Below, one piece after another: positions 9,916-21,417 of a DNA stretch of 64,000 nt. The stretch lies in NCBI GenBank assembly GCA_963734535.1, contig CAVTHS010000007.1, positions 128,001 through 192,000 on the forward strand. Direction: 5' to 3'. The position numbers and the translations under genes were made by a program. Below the pieces are notes generated by a model, which worked only from the letters and a program-made list of their open reading frames with translations, searched no databases and was not told the DNA's origin. Position 1 is the stretch's first letter, and every line of letters starts with the position of its first letter. Origin of the DNA: an uncultured Chloroflexia bacterium. Lineage in GTDB: Bacteria; Chloroflexota; Limnocylindria; Limnocylindrales; CSP1-4.

Positions 9916-11990
9916 TCAGACGACCGCTTCGTGCGGCTTCACGACGGAGAGCCGGCCTGGTTCGGCCGATGCGAACGGGTCCGCGTCCGCCGCTTGCACG
10001 GCCGGACTCGCGACCGGCCGCTCGATGCCACCCACGTAGCTGAGGAGCGCGAGGCGCAGGGCGCCTTCGTTCGCGCCGGAGGCCATCGCCAACAGCTGCT
10101 GGACATGCTCCCGGACGTCCACGGAAGACGGTGGCGCGATGGCACGCAGGACCTTGGCGCTGGCGGTCGGCTCCACCAGCTCTGCGTCGTAGAAGAGCTC
10201 CTCGTGGAGCTTCTCGCCCGGGCGGAGGCCGACTGTCTCGATCGACTGGGTCTCCGGATCGCGCCCCGCGAGCCGGACCAGGTCATGGGCGAGGTCCATG
10301 ATCCGGACGGGCTCGCCCATGTCGAGCACGAACAGGTCGCCGTTTCGGCCGAGCGCGGCTGCATCGAGGATGAGCCACGATGCCTCGGGGATCGTCATGA
10401 AGAAGCGCGTCATGTCCGGGTGCGTGATCGTGAGCGGCTCGCCGTTCTCGAGCTGGTCCTGGAAGATCGGGACCACGCTTCCCGTGGACCCCAGGACGTT
10501 CCCGAACCGGACGGACACGTACGGGCGCCCCGTGCGCCGGGCCGCGTCGGCCACCAGCATCTCGGCGATCCGCTTGCTGGCCCCCATCACGCTGGAGGGG
10601 CGGACCGCCTTGTCGGTGGAGACGAAGACGAAGCGCTCGACCCCGGCGGCCGCGGCCGCGTCGAGCATCACCAGCGTGCCGCCGATGTTGACGTGCGCCG
10701 CGTCGGACGGATGCTCCTCCATCATCGGGACGTGCTTGTAGGCGGCCGCGTGGAAGATCACGTTCGGGGCCTCGGCGGCGACCATTCGCTCCATCGCCGC
10801 GCGGCTTGCCACGTTCGCCAGGTGAATGCGCAGCTCGCCGCTCCCCTTCTTGTGGCTCCGCTGCGTCTCGAGGTCGCGCTGGATGAGATACAGCGGGCTC
10901 TCCGCCCGATCAACCAGGATGAGCCGGCGTGGCCCCAGGGCGAACACCTGCCGAGCGAGCTCGGACCCGATCGAGCCGCCCCCGCCGGTGATCAGCACCG
11001 TCCTGTCCCGGATGATCTCCTCGACGCCCGCGGCATGCTCCGTCACCATGGGGCGGCGCAGCAGGTCCTCGACGCGCACACGGCGGACGCGGTTGGCATC
11101 GATGCTGCCGTCCATCAGCTTCGTCATCGACGGGACCGTGCGGACCTCGAGATGGAGGGCGAGAGCAGCTTCGACGATGCGCCGGACCGCCGGCCCTGGG
11201 GCTCCCGGCATCGTGATGAGAAGAGTCCGGGCGCCCGTCTCGGACACCGCGCGCGGCATTGCGGCCAGGCCGCCGTAGACGCGGATTCCGGCAACCGTGC
11301 CGCCGGCCAGTCCGGGGTCGTCGTCGAGGAACCCGACCGGCACGACGCCCGAGCGCGGATCGCGCAGCGCCGACCTTGCCAGCGTCACGCCCGTGTGGCC
11401 GGCACCGAAGAGGAGCGTCGCTGGCCGATCGGCCCTGGGGCCGAACCTCCAACGCCTGGCAGGTTCGAAGGCAGCCCGAATGCCGAATCGGACGCCACCG
11501 AGGATCGCGACACTCAGGAGTGCCTCTGCCAGCCAGAACGAACGCGGGAATCCTTCGGGCCAGGCGGTGCCGGCGATCCACGACGCACCGTAGAAGATGA
11601 CCACCGAGACGAGGGACCCGAGGGCCACCGCTGCCACGATTCGCTCGAGATCCGGGACGCTCGCGAAACGCCAGCGACGGCTGTACAGGCCCAGCCTGGA
11701 TGTCGACGATCGTGCGGACCGCAAGAAGCAGGCCGACGACCACGGGAAAGGCAGGGAGAGAGAACGGGCCGCTGAGGCGATCAAACCGAAGCGCAAGCGC
11801 GAGATACGCGGCGACGATGATCCCCACGAGATCGATGGCGAGGAGGTATCGCCCTCGAACCTCGGCCGCAAATCGGAAGACCCTTGGGTCTGGTGGCGTG
11901 GCGGCGAATGCTCTGCTCCGCCCCGCCCGGCGGCGGCTCGGACAGCGGGTGGCTCGCCAGCGGCGAATGCCGGTTCGAGCGTCGGACGGC
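9916..11990 (-). CDS. CapD/PglF-like membrane UDP-sugar 4,6-dehydratase (frameshift near 11700; start approximate)
   Basis: N-terminal TMs (ALALRFD), GFLDDD, VEDLLRR, ITGGGGSIGSE, FHAAAYKHVP, STDKAV, VRFGNVLGSTGSV, GLRPGEKLHEEL. Confidence 0.9.
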
Positions 11991-12338
11991 CAATGTGCCC
12001 CCAAGATGCCGGGCCTGCCGGATCAGCGGCGAGAGCCGCGACTACGCGGTCCGGTGCTGCGGACACCCCCTCAGCACTCGCGGCTCGCTCGGACCCCGAA
12101 CAGTACGGCAATCGGCCCCCCCTGCCTAGTACGAATTGCCAGCGTCGTGTCCAATTCGTTGACGTCTGGTGCCCCTGGGCACCAGCACGCTATCGCGACG
12201 GCTACACAGGTGGCGACGTCATGGCCCAGCTGCCCTTGGCTGGCAGACTCGGCCCGCAGGCGTAGCGGTGACCTGAGTCGGGTAGCCTCATCGAGGCAGG
12301 CCGAGGTGGACTGCCTCAGGCGCCGCGCGCTCGAGGGG

Positions 12339-13698
12339 TCACGTCGCGAGACGCCCGGGCGACACCCAACCTGCTCCGAGAAGCAGGACCGGTTTCTCCC
12401 GAGTGACCCACTTCCGCGATGAGCCCACAGTGTCCACAATCAGCCTGACGCGTTCGTAGACGTATCCCCAGTCAACGGCGCGATGGTGGACACCAGGGCG
12501 ACAAGGACATCGGATTCGTCCACCAGCGTCACGAGATCCCTGCTCAGGAACTCCTCGCGGTCGGCACTCGAAAATCGCGGAACGTGTGGATCGTGGTACT
12601 CGACCCCGGCGTTGCGAGCCCGGAGCAGGGCTATGACCTCGGCTGCGGGCGAGTTCCTCAGGTCGTGAACATCGGGCTTGAACGCCGTTCCGATCACCCC
12701 GACACGAGAGCCCTTCAGCGCTTGGCCGCGCGAGTTGAGGGCCTCCGCAACAAGATCCGCGACGTGGCGAGGCATCGACATGTTGATGTCGCCGGCCAGC
12801 TCCACGAAGCAGTCGACAAACCCGAATTGGCGGGCGCGCCATGCCAGATAGTATGGATCGACCGGATGCAGTGTCCGCCAACGCCCGGGCCGGGGCGGAA
12901 TGGCATGAACCCGAACGGCTTCGTCGCCGCAGCGTCGATCACCTCCCATGCATCGAGTCCCATCCGCTCGCAGAGCAGGGCGAGTTGGTTCACGAGGGCG
13001 ATATTGACGGTGCGAACAATGTTCTCGTGGAGTTTCGCGAGCTTGGCCACGTCCGGCGACGAGACCTCGACGATCTTCGCGTTGATACGCCCGAACAAGG
13101 CGGCCGCTCTCGCCGTGGATCGGGCCGTCACCCCGCCGATGAGGCGGGGGACGTCGCGGCCTGCGCTCGCCGGATCGCCAGGACTCACGCGCTCGGGAGC
13201 AAAGGCCAGGTCGTAGTCCGTGCCGGCTCGGATCTCCATCCCGGCTTCGAGCGTCTTGCGAAAGACCCCGACCGTCGTCCCCGGGAAGGTCGTCGGCTGA
13301 AGTACGACGAGATGCCCGGATCGCAAGCCCGATCGAGCAAACGAAGCGGCCTCCAGCACAGGGCCCAGGTCGGGCTGACGAGCGGCGTCCATCGGAGTCG
13401 GGACGCAGACGATCACGGCATCGGCTGACTCGACCACGCTGCTGTCGAGGCCTCGAAGGTCCAGGTTTCGGCCGAGCCATTTGGCGAGGCGGGCGTCGCT
13501 CACGTCGTCGATCGGTGAACGACCTGCTCGTAGATCCTCAATTCGGCGGGTGTTGACATCAAGGCCCACGACTGACAGGCCTGCCTCAACAAAGCTCAAC
13601 GCCAGCGGCAGCCCAACGTAGCCAAGTCCGAGGACCACGATTCGTGCGTCCGACGGCAGCGTGGACGACCGGTCAGTCGCGCTGAGACTACCCACCAT
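12339..13698 (-). CDS. Nucleotide-sugar dehydrogenase (UDP-GlcNAc/ManNAc 6-dehydrogenase, WecC/TviB-like), frameshifts near 12860 and 12490
   Basis: GLGYVGLP, ICVPTP, PERVSPG, PGPGVGGHCI, DPYYL, FKPDVHDLRNSP. Confidence 0.85.
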
Positions 13699-13782
13699 AC
13701 TTCCGTCTTACCGCCGGTCCCGGAGGGTGAGTGACCTCGGTGGCGCTCCCACCTGGCCCAAGGGTTATCATCTTCAAGGATC

Positions 13783-14259
13783 GTGAGAACTCGACCAGAC
13801 GAATTGGACGTTCCTGCCTGCCCGCACCTTGGGCTGGCGGCCGATCGCCGCAGTCGCTTCACGTATCCGCACCCGGGTCACCGCTGCTTCGTGAAGGATC
13901 GACCGGCCGTCGCCGACCCGGTCCGCCAGGCGACCTACTGTCTCAACAGCCGCTACGCGGAATGCGATCGCTACCGCGCGCGACACGGCCCGGCGCTGGG
14001 GGGCGGGAGGCCGGTATCCCGGGCGATCGTTCCTGAAGCCGGTGTCAAGGAGTTCCGGGTCCGTGTCGTCCGCGCCGGCGAGTCTCTGGCCGGGATCGCC
14101 GCCGACCTTGGCCTGGATGCGGACGTGCTCGCGACGGCGAACGGGATCTCCTCCACCGACGCGGTCGCGGAGGGCGTTCGCCTCGTAATCCCCCTCGCTC
14201 CCACTTCTCGAGCTGCGAGTCGAACACACGACGAACGGCGGGCGGATAGGTCGGGTTGA
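13783..14259 (+). CDS. LysM protein with Cys/His-rich N-terminal domain
   Basis: ACPHLG...HRC...CL...EC; VVRAGESLAGIAADLGL...ANGI...LVIP (LysM). Confidence 0.8.
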   Translation: MRTRPDELDVPACPHLGLAADRRSRFTYPHPGHRCFVKDRPAVADPVRQATYCLNSRYAECDRYRARHGPALGGGRPVSRAIVPEAGVKEFRVRVVRAGESLAGIAADLGLDADVLATANGISSTDAVAEGVRLVIPLAPTSRAASRTHDERRADRSG

Positions 14260-14360
14260 CGACCGCGAGGACCTTGACGATGATTTCGGGACAAGTAGAC
14301 GCAGCGCCAGTCGCGGTCCCGCACAGTGCCCTGGAATCCCGGCGCAGAGAGTGAGACTGA

Positions 14361-15965
14361 GTGGATCTAAGGCGCCAGATCGCCATCGTTCGGGCCTGGC
14401 TCCCGCTCATGGTTGCGTCGGTCGTTGTCGCTGCCAGCGTGGCGTTCGTCGTCAGCAGCCAGCTGCCAAAGACGTACGAATCGAAAGCGACGCTCATCGT
14501 CGGTCAGTCGCTTTCGGCCATGAACCCGGGCATTTCGCAGATCCAGGTCTCGCAATCCCTGGTCCCGACGTATGCCGCGGTGGCCACCACGCGGCCGATC
14601 CTCGACGCCGTGATCACGAAGCTCGATCTGCACATGACATCAGAGGAGCTTCTCAAGCAGGTCCGGGCAGATGCTCCGTTGAACAGCACCCTCATGTTCA
14701 TCCTGGCCGAGGACCCTGAGCCGGCCCGGGCTGCAGCCATCGCCAACGCGTTGGCCGAGCAGCTCATCGCGGTGTCGCCTGCGGTCCAGGGCCCACAGGC
14801 GGAGTTCGAAGCCTCCATCGAAGGGGAGCTGAAGGCGACGCAGGATCAGATCGCGACGACCCAGGCGCAGGCTGAGGTGCTGAGCGCGCTACCCAGCCGG
14901 ACAGCACAGCAGGAAGCGGATTTGACAACGCTCCAAGGGAGGCTTGTCAGTCTCCGATCGACACAGGCGAGCCTTCTGTCCTTCTCTGCGAGCCAGGCAT
15001 CCAGCCTGCTCACGGTCATCGAACCGGCCGTAGCGTCGGTCGCGCCGATCTCGCCACGACCGCTGCTGAACGCGCTCCTCGCTGCAGTCCTCGGCCTGCT
15101 CATTGTCGTCGGTCTTGCTTTCTCAGCGGAGTACTTCAACGACTCGATCAAGGACGCTGATGCGGTCCAGCAGGCGTCCAGTCTGAGCGTGCTGGGGACG
15201 ATCCCGCGTATGAAGGGCGACGGGGCTCGCAGCGAGATATACAGGCTCGCCACCCTCCTGTACCCGCACTCTGGAGCGGCGGAGGCATACCGAACACTTC
15301 GGACGAACATCGATTTCTCCTCGGTTGACGCGCCGATTCGAACCCTGCTCGTGACAAGTTCGATCCCCGGTGAGGGCAAGACTACGACGGCGGCGAACCT
15401 GGCGGTCGTGTTTGCGCAGGCAGGCCGCCGCGTCCTCCTGGTGGACGCCGACCTCCGAAAGCCGGGCGTTCACCTGGTCTTTGACCTGCCGAACAACTTC
15501 GGGCTCACGAGCATGCTGCGCGACGAGCGGCTGGAACTCGAGGGCGTTTCGCAGGCGACCGAGCAGGACAACCTTCGAGTGCTCACCACGGGTCCGCTGC
15601 CGCCCAATCCCGCCGAGCTTCTCGGATCCCAGCGGATGCGCGCGGTCGTTGAGCGACTGAAGTCCGGGACGGACCTGATGGTCGTCGACAGCCCACCACT
15701 CCAAGCGGTCACGGACTCCGCGATTCTGAGCTCGTTCCTGGACGGGACCCTCTTTGTGATCGATGCTCGGCGAAGCCGCAGACGCACCGTTCGCCTGGCG
15801 GAAGGGGCGCTGGTCCGAGCCGGCGCGAACGTCGTGGGTGCTGTTCTCAACCGGATCCCGGAGAAGGCCCGCGAGGATTATGCGCCGTACTACGGGGCGA
15901 GCTTCGGTTCTGAGACGATGACCGAAAACAAGGTGGCAGGGAGCAGTACCCCGACGCTGCCCTAG
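14361..15965 (+). CDS. Polysaccharide co-polymerase / BY tyrosine autokinase (Wzc, CpsC-CpsD fusion)
   Basis: Two TMs with coiled coil, EAYRTLRTNI, PGEGKTT, VDADLRKP, PPNPAELL, DSPP, C-terminal Tyr cluster. Confidence 0.92.
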   Translation: MDLRRQIAIVRAWLPLMVASVVVAASVAFVVSSQLPKTYESKATLIVGQSLSAMNPGISQIQVSQSLVPTYAAVATTRPILDAVITKLDLHMTSEELLKQVRADAPLNSTLMFILAEDPEPARAAAIANALAEQLIAVSPAVQGPQAEFEASIEGELKATQDQIATTQAQAEVLSALPSRTAQQEADLTTLQGRLVSLRSTQASLLSFSASQASSLLTVIEPAVASVAPISPRPLLNALLAAVLGLLIVVGLAFSAEYFNDSIKDADAVQQASSLSVLGTIPRMKGDGARSEIYRLATLLYPHSGAAEAYRTLRTNIDFSSVDAPIRTLLVTSSIPGEGKTTTAANLAVVFAQAGRRVLLVDADLRKPGVHLVFDLPNNFGLTSMLRDERLELEGVSQATEQDNLRVLTTGPLPPNPAELLGSQRMRAVVERLKSGTDLMVVDSPPLQAVTDSAILSSFLDGTLFVIDARRSRRRTVRLAEGALVRAGANVVGAVLNRIPEKAREDYAPYYGASFGSETMTENKVAGSSTPTLP

Positions 15966-16065
15966 CGTGATGGGAAGGCCCGAGACCGAAGCGTTGTCCC
16001 ACGGGGCAGGATGATGACCAACCGTCCCAATCGGCGACGCTCACGTCAGTTCGAGGAGAAGTGAC

Positions 16066-16677
16066 GTGGACTCGAAGCGGACGCTTGACCTCGTGGTCGG
16101 ATCGCTCGGTCTGGCGTTGGCCAGCCCGATCCTGGCAGGGATCGTCGTGGCAACCAGGTTGTCCCGAGATCCGGGCCCTGTCATCCACCGCGCCAACCGG
16201 GTCGGTCAGGGCGGCCGGGTGTTTACCGTCCTCAAGATCCGGACGATGGTCATCACCACCGGAGGGCCGCGGCTCACGGGACACGACGATCCCCGCGTGA
16301 CGCCCATCGGCAGGTTCCTCCGTCGCTACCGCCTCGACGAGCTGCCCCAGCTGATCAATGTCGTACGCGGTGAGATGTCACTCGTCGGCCCGCGTCCCGA
16401 GGACCCGGCATTCGTTGATCTCGCGAACCCGCTCCACCGGAAGGTCTTCACGGCGAAACCGGGCATCACGGGCCTTGCGCAGCTCCAGTTTCACGATGAA
16501 GCGCAACTGCTGGCCGGCGTCGACCCTGAACGACGTTATCGAGAGGAGATCCTGCCGGCGAAGCTTCGGCTGGACGCGGAGTACCTGGATCGCCGCTCCA
16601 CGCTCCTCGACCTGCAGATCCTCCTCCGGACGGTCGGAGCGGTCTTCGGCCGGCACGTCTCGCCGCTCGCGCGCTGA
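16066..16677 (+). CDS. Sugar transferase (initiating phosphoglycosyl transferase)
   Basis: KRTLDL, KIRTM, DPRVTPIG, LDELPQLINV, MSLVGPRP, KPGITGLAQ. Confidence 0.92.
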   Translation: MDSKRTLDLVVGSLGLALASPILAGIVVATRLSRDPGPVIHRANRVGQGGRVFTVLKIRTMVITTGGPRLTGHDDPRVTPIGRFLRRYRLDELPQLINVVRGEMSLVGPRPEDPAFVDLANPLHRKVFTAKPGITGLAQLQFHDEAQLLAGVDPERRYREEILPAKLRLDAEYLDRRSTLLDLQILLRTVGAVFGRHVSPLAR

Positions 16678-16936
16678 GCTGCGGCGCAGCCGATCGCGCG
16701 CGTGGTCGGGCCCCGCCGAGCTTTCGCGATTCGCCACCTGCTCGAGCACCCTGCCCGCGTCACCGACCGACGGGTTGCTCGGCTTCCGGGGCGCGAAGCA
16801 GCGCCATCGCGGACCGGATCAGCCCGTATACCGGCGCCCGCCTCCCGGGCACGATACACGGCCCGTCCGAGGGCGATTGACTGGGCGAGGCAGGTCGGCC
16901 TCACGCAACCTGGGCACGAAACGCAAGCGGCAAAGC

Positions 16937-17415
16937 GTAGTCTTCAGCGGAGCTCGGTCGGTCTCGTCGCTCGTTCTCGTCGCGGCCGTCCTCATGGCCT
17001 TGGTCGCCTCCTGCACGCCCGCCGGGATCCTGTCCGTGGCCGGGGTCGTCCCCCCGGCGAACGCCGCCGGGCCGACAACCCGCAGCTTCACCGATTCCTC
17101 GGCACGGACGACCGCTAACGGCGCCGCGCCGAAATGCTGGCCCCGAGAGCTGGCGTCACGCTCTCGAGTTGCCAGGACAAGGTCGCGATCTCGGGGCCCA
17201 CGAACCCGACCTCGGGTCGCTTCTCGCCCGATGGCCGCATCTCCGTGGCGCAGAAGATTGGCCCGCTACTCGCGTACGCCAGCCTCACCGATGCGAGCCC
17301 CGTGGTGTTCGCCGACCTGCGCATGAACGTGGACGATCACTGGGATCGGGCAGGTGGTACGTTGTGGTGGGTTCGACAGCCGAATCAGCACCGAGTACCG
17401 GTGGATCCTCGGTGA
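16937..17415 (+). CDS. Possible small lipoprotein/secreted protein, frameshifted or remnant
   Basis: Hydrophobic segment LVLVAAVLMALVASC followed by a coding-like ORF 17134..17415; start unclear. Confidence 0.3.
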
Positions 17416-17531
17416 GGCGAAGGGCTGGTCGCGACTCCAAGCATGAGGGCTGGACGTGTCGGCCAGTGTCCCGAACCCAGAGAACCGACGACGAATCCCT
17501 ACCTCCTGGACATGATTCGGTGGCCACTTTC

Positions 17532-18719
17532 GTGACTGAGACAGGTCCGTCGGGGTCGATCAGGGAGGGACTCCCCGAGGTCCTGATCGTCGCCGAGGAC
17601 GGTGACGCAGGCGGGATCGGCCGCTACTGCGTCGATCTGGCGGCGCTGCTCGGGGCACGCGCCCACGTCGTCTGCCTCTGCCCGACCGTGTGCGAGGCTC
17701 GATGCTGGCTCGCCGACCAGTGCGCGACCCGCGGCGTGGCGCTCGTCCGCGTCCCGATGCCGTCACGCGGATGGAGGCGTGGACTGGTCGGCCTGGCCCG
17801 AGTCTGGAGGTCGAACCGGCGACCCGCGGTTCACGTCAACGGGCGGCGCGGTAATTTCCTGTCGCTGGCAGCCCGAGTGTCGATGCCGGGTTTCCGCTAT
17901 GTCACGACCGCCCACGGTGTCCTCGGGCTCCACGCCCGCCGGAACGTGCTCTATCGCGTCGTCGACTTGGCGGCTTCGCGTGGCGCGACCAGGGTGATCG
18001 CGGTGAGTGACGACACGCGACGACGGCTGGTCAGGGCCGGCAGCCCGGGCGGCAGGACGGTCGTCATTCTCAACGGCCTCGGCGAGGCGGAGCTGCGAGC
18101 GTACGGTTCGGTGGCCGAACGGCGGCGGCCGGCCCAGGGTCCGCTCCGGGTGGGGTTCCTGGGCCGGCTGAGCCCGGAGAAGGGCACCCGCGAGCTGCTC
18201 GAGGTCGCCCGCGGCCTGCTGGCGGAGGATACGTCGTCGACGCTCGCGATCGCGGGCGACGGTCCGGACCGGGCGTGGCTGGAGAACGCCGCGCGGGCGC
18301 TGACGGCGACCGGCCGTCTCTCCTGGGAGGGCGCTATCCGGGATGTAGCGGGATTCTTGTCCAGCGTCGATGTCCTGGTCATGCCGTCTCACAACGAGGG
18401 CCTGCCGTACGTCCTCCTCGAGGCGATGGCCGCTGGCTGCGGGGTCGTCGCCTTCCGCGTCGGCGGGATCCCCGAGGTCGTCGCAGACGAGTCGATGGGC
18501 GTCCTGGTCGACCCAGGCGACGTTCGGGCTCTCGTGCGCGCGGTCGTGGAGCTCGCCGCGGATCCGGTCCGGGTGCGTTCGCTCGGGCGGGCCGCAGCCG
18601 CCCACGTCCACGCCCACTTCGCATTGCACGATCGCCTCCCCCTCCTGGCGCGAGCGTACGGCCGCGAGTTGGCGGCGACCGGGACGAGGGAAGCAGCCTC
18701 CGTCGACCAGGCCGGTTGA
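17532..18719 (+). CDS. Glycosyltransferase family 4
   Basis: GGIGRY, GRLSPEKG, PSHNEGLPYVLLEAMAAG, VGGIPE. Confidence 0.9.
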   Translation: MTETGPSGSIREGLPEVLIVAEDGDAGGIGRYCVDLAALLGARAHVVCLCPTVCEARCWLADQCATRGVALVRVPMPSRGWRRGLVGLARVWRSNRRPAVHVNGRRGNFLSLAARVSMPGFRYVTTAHGVLGLHARRNVLYRVVDLAASRGATRVIAVSDDTRRRLVRAGSPGGRTVVILNGLGEAELRAYGSVAERRRPAQGPLRVGFLGRLSPEKGTRELLEVARGLLAEDTSSTLAIAGDGPDRAWLENAARALTATGRLSWEGAIRDVAGFLSSVDVLVMPSHNEGLPYVLLEAMAAGCGVVAFRVGGIPEVVADESMGVLVDPGDVRALVRAVVELAADPVRVRSLGRAAAAHVHAHFALHDRLPLLARAYGRELAATGTREAASVDQAG

Positions 18720-19891
18720 TGCGGGTCGTCGTCGTCGATCTCCTCTGCAACTCGCCGTACAACTGCTCCGCGCTCGTGCGCGGACTCCGCGACGCGGGCG
18801 TCGAGGCGGAGCTGGCGAGCCCTGCGTTCTATCTCGAACCGCAGTACCTGGACGACACGCCGCGCCCGACATGGATCACGGACCTCGCGATCCACGCGAG
18901 TCATCCGCGAGCGCTACGGCTGGCCAGCCGGTCCGTCGAGGCCTCGCTGAATGTTACCCGGCTGCTCGCCCGAGTTGCCGCCGGCGCGTACGACGTTGTC
19001 CACGTCCAGTGGATCCCGTTTGAAGAGCGCTCGTCAACGTTTATGGGTCTGCTCCGGCGTCGCTGTGACGCCACCGGCACCCTCCTGGTCCACACCGCCC
19101 ACAACGCGGTTCCCCACGATCGGCCGCAGACCGACCTGGCTGCGATCCGGCGGAACCTTGACTTGGCGCATCTCCTCGTCGCCCAGACTGATCACGTCTC
19201 CGCGGATCTCGCCCACCTGATCCGCACCGTCACGCCGATCGAGGTCATCCCCCTCGGTCCGCTCTTCGTGGATCGCGAGCTTCCCGACCGCGCCGCCGCC
19301 GCCGCCCGCCTCGGGATTCGGCCCTCCGTGCCGATCGTCCTCTTCCTGGGACTGCTCCGGCCGTACAAGGGACTGGACCTCCTGGCCGAAGCCTGGCCGG
19401 TGGTGAGGGCCGCGATCCCGGAGGCGCGTCTCTTGGTTGTCGGCAGGCGCGGCGATCGCGGCGTCGAAGCCGACCTCGGTCGACTTCGACGCCAAGCGGG
19501 GATCCGTGTCGAGGAACGGTACGTTTCCGTGCAGGCCATGCTCGACTACCACGCCGTAAGCGACGTCGTCGTCATGCCGTATCGTCGCATCTCGCAGTCG
19601 GCGGCGCTCATGACTGCCATCGGCCTCGGGCGTCCGACCGTGCTGACCCCGCTCGATGGGCTCGTGGAGCAGGTTAGGGGTATCGAGTCGGCGGTCGTAG
19701 CGGCCGAGGTCAGCGGCCCCGCGGTTGCCAGCTCGATCATTTCAAGCTTGCAGCGCGCGGACGAGCTCGCTCGAGCCGCAGCCCAGGATCGCGAACGGAT
19801 CGCCAACGCTTCGTTCAGCTGGCCAAGCGTCGGGAGGGCGACGGTAGATGCCTACGAGCGCGGCCGACGCCGGATCGGGGCCCGGGCCTGA
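18719..19891 (+). CDS. Glycosyltransferase family 4
   Basis: HVQW, HNAVPH, GLLRPYKG, PYRRISQSA; TGATG coupling to upstream GT. Confidence 0.88.
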   Translation: MRVVVVDLLCNSPYNCSALVRGLRDAGVEAELASPAFYLEPQYLDDTPRPTWITDLAIHASHPRALRLASRSVEASLNVTRLLARVAAGAYDVVHVQWIPFEERSSTFMGLLRRRCDATGTLLVHTAHNAVPHDRPQTDLAAIRRNLDLAHLLVAQTDHVSADLAHLIRTVTPIEVIPLGPLFVDRELPDRAAAAARLGIRPSVPIVLFLGLLRPYKGLDLLAEAWPVVRAAIPEARLLVVGRRGDRGVEADLGRLRRQAGIRVEERYVSVQAMLDYHAVSDVVVMPYRRISQSAALMTAIGLGRPTVLTPLDGLVEQVRGIESAVVAAEVSGPAVASSIISSLQRADELARAAAQDRERIANASFSWPSVGRATVDAYERGRRRIGARA

Positions 19892-20049
19892 GAGCCCGCG
19901 ATCGAGATGGCAGAAGCTCGGCACGCTCCACGGAGTCGATCACTCGTCGCGATCCCGGGTAGAGTACTCACGCTTTGCTTTGAAGCTGGCGCCGCCGGCG
20001 GTCTCCAAGAGGCGCAAGCCGTGGCCCTGCAGGGGCCCGGCGCCGCCAG

Positions 20050-21417
20050 GTGGGGCGTGTGACCGCCGGGGCAGGCCCTGGATCAGCAGGCGGAGAAGCG
20101 TTCTCCGGTCGGGTCCTCGTCCTCTTCCTGACCCAGGTTCTTACCGCGACGCGCGTCGACACAGTCGTGCTCGCGTTCGCCGTCCTGAGCTTGGCCTCGC
20201 TCGTCGGTTGCTCACCCCTGCTCCCGACGGATCACGGCTCGGCACGGCCCGTCGCCCAGGCCCTGTTCGATGCGTCGACCCCGTCCGTGGCCACCTTCCC
20301 GGCCCCGACGCCGGTCACCACGCCGATCCCGTCCGTGGCCACCTTTCCGGCCCCGACGCCCACCCCACCAGCCATCGCCTCGCCGACGCCCACGCGCACG
20401 GCGCAACCATCGGCATCGCTCGTGACGAAGCCGAGATCCACGGCGTCGCCCCGGCCGGCCCCGGCGCCGTCGCCCCGGCCGGCCCCGGCGCCGACGCTGA
20501 CAATCCTCTCCATGCCTACCCAGCCGCCGACTCGCACTCCCGCGCCGACTCCCACCCCGACCGCGTTCTCCGGGACGGTCTACGTGTCGTCGATCCCGGC
20601 CCTGAAGAGCGCGCTCGCCGACAACTCGGTCGACGAGATCGTGGTTGCCAACGGGACGTATCACGTTAGCCCTTCGAATGAGTTCAGATCGGACTCGCTC
20701 TGGATCGGCAGCTCGGCCAGCGGCGGGATGCCCTTCGCCGAGCGGACCCGGCCGGTCACGGTGCGGGCCGCGACCATCGGTGGCGTCACGTTCGATGGCG
20801 GCGGCGGCAGCGCCTACGGCGGGCTCAGCTTCGAGGCTGGCGCCCACGACCAGACGTGGGACGGGTTCAAGTTCGCGAACATGGCGGCTGCCTCCACCGG
20901 GATCGTCGAGTTCGGCTCCTACACGTCGCGAGCGGCTCCCTACAACATCACGCTCCGCCACATCACGATCTTCAGCACGTGCACGGGACGGTCCACGACC
21001 GCCAACGGGAACACCCTGGACCACGCGTTCTACATGGGCCAGGCACTCTCCCCAGGCCCCCACGACCTGCTCTTCGAGGACATCACGGTGGATGGTCGGG
21101 GGGGGCTCGCCACCGCGTTCCACTTCTTTCATAGCAGCGCGGGGGCACCCAACGCGTCGAACGTGACTGTGCGGCGGCTTCACGTCACCGGGACCCAGAA
21201 CGCGATCATGCTGTGGGATTCCACCCTCCACGACGTCACCTTCGACTCGGTGGACATCACGGCCGCCCTGAGCTACGCCATCCGCTACGAGGCGGTCGGC
21301 TCGACGAGGATGATCCTCTCGAACATCACGTCGACGGCATCAGGCCGCGAGGGGTTCTACAGCAGCGAAGGCCCGGACCCGCCGGGCCTCACCATCTCGA
21401 ACGGCAGTCTCCACTGA
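20050..21417 (+). CDS. Putative lipoprotein with Pro/Thr stalk and parallel beta-helix-like domain (start uncertain)
   Basis: Lipobox-like LASLVGC, PT-rich linker, IVVANGTY, repeated N/D-ITL/FE-ITV strands. Confidence 0.7.
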   Translation: MGRVTAGAGPGSAGGEAFSGRVLVLFLTQVLTATRVDTVVLAFAVLSLASLVGCSPLLPTDHGSARPVAQALFDASTPSVATFPAPTPVTTPIPSVATFPAPTPTPPAIASPTPTRTAQPSASLVTKPRSTASPRPAPAPSPRPAPAPTLTILSMPTQPPTRTPAPTPTPTAFSGTVYVSSIPALKSALADNSVDEIVVANGTYHVSPSNEFRSDSLWIGSSASGGMPFAERTRPVTVRAATIGGVTFDGGGGSAYGGLSFEAGAHDQTWDGFKFANMAAASTGIVEFGSYTSRAAPYNITLRHITIFSTCTGRSTTANGNTLDHAFYMGQALSPGPHDLLFEDITVDGRGGLATAFHFFHSSAGAPNASNVTVRRLHVTGTQNAIMLWDSTLHDVTFDSVDITAALSYAIRYEAVGSTRMILSNITSTASGREGFYSSEGPDPPGLTISNGSLH

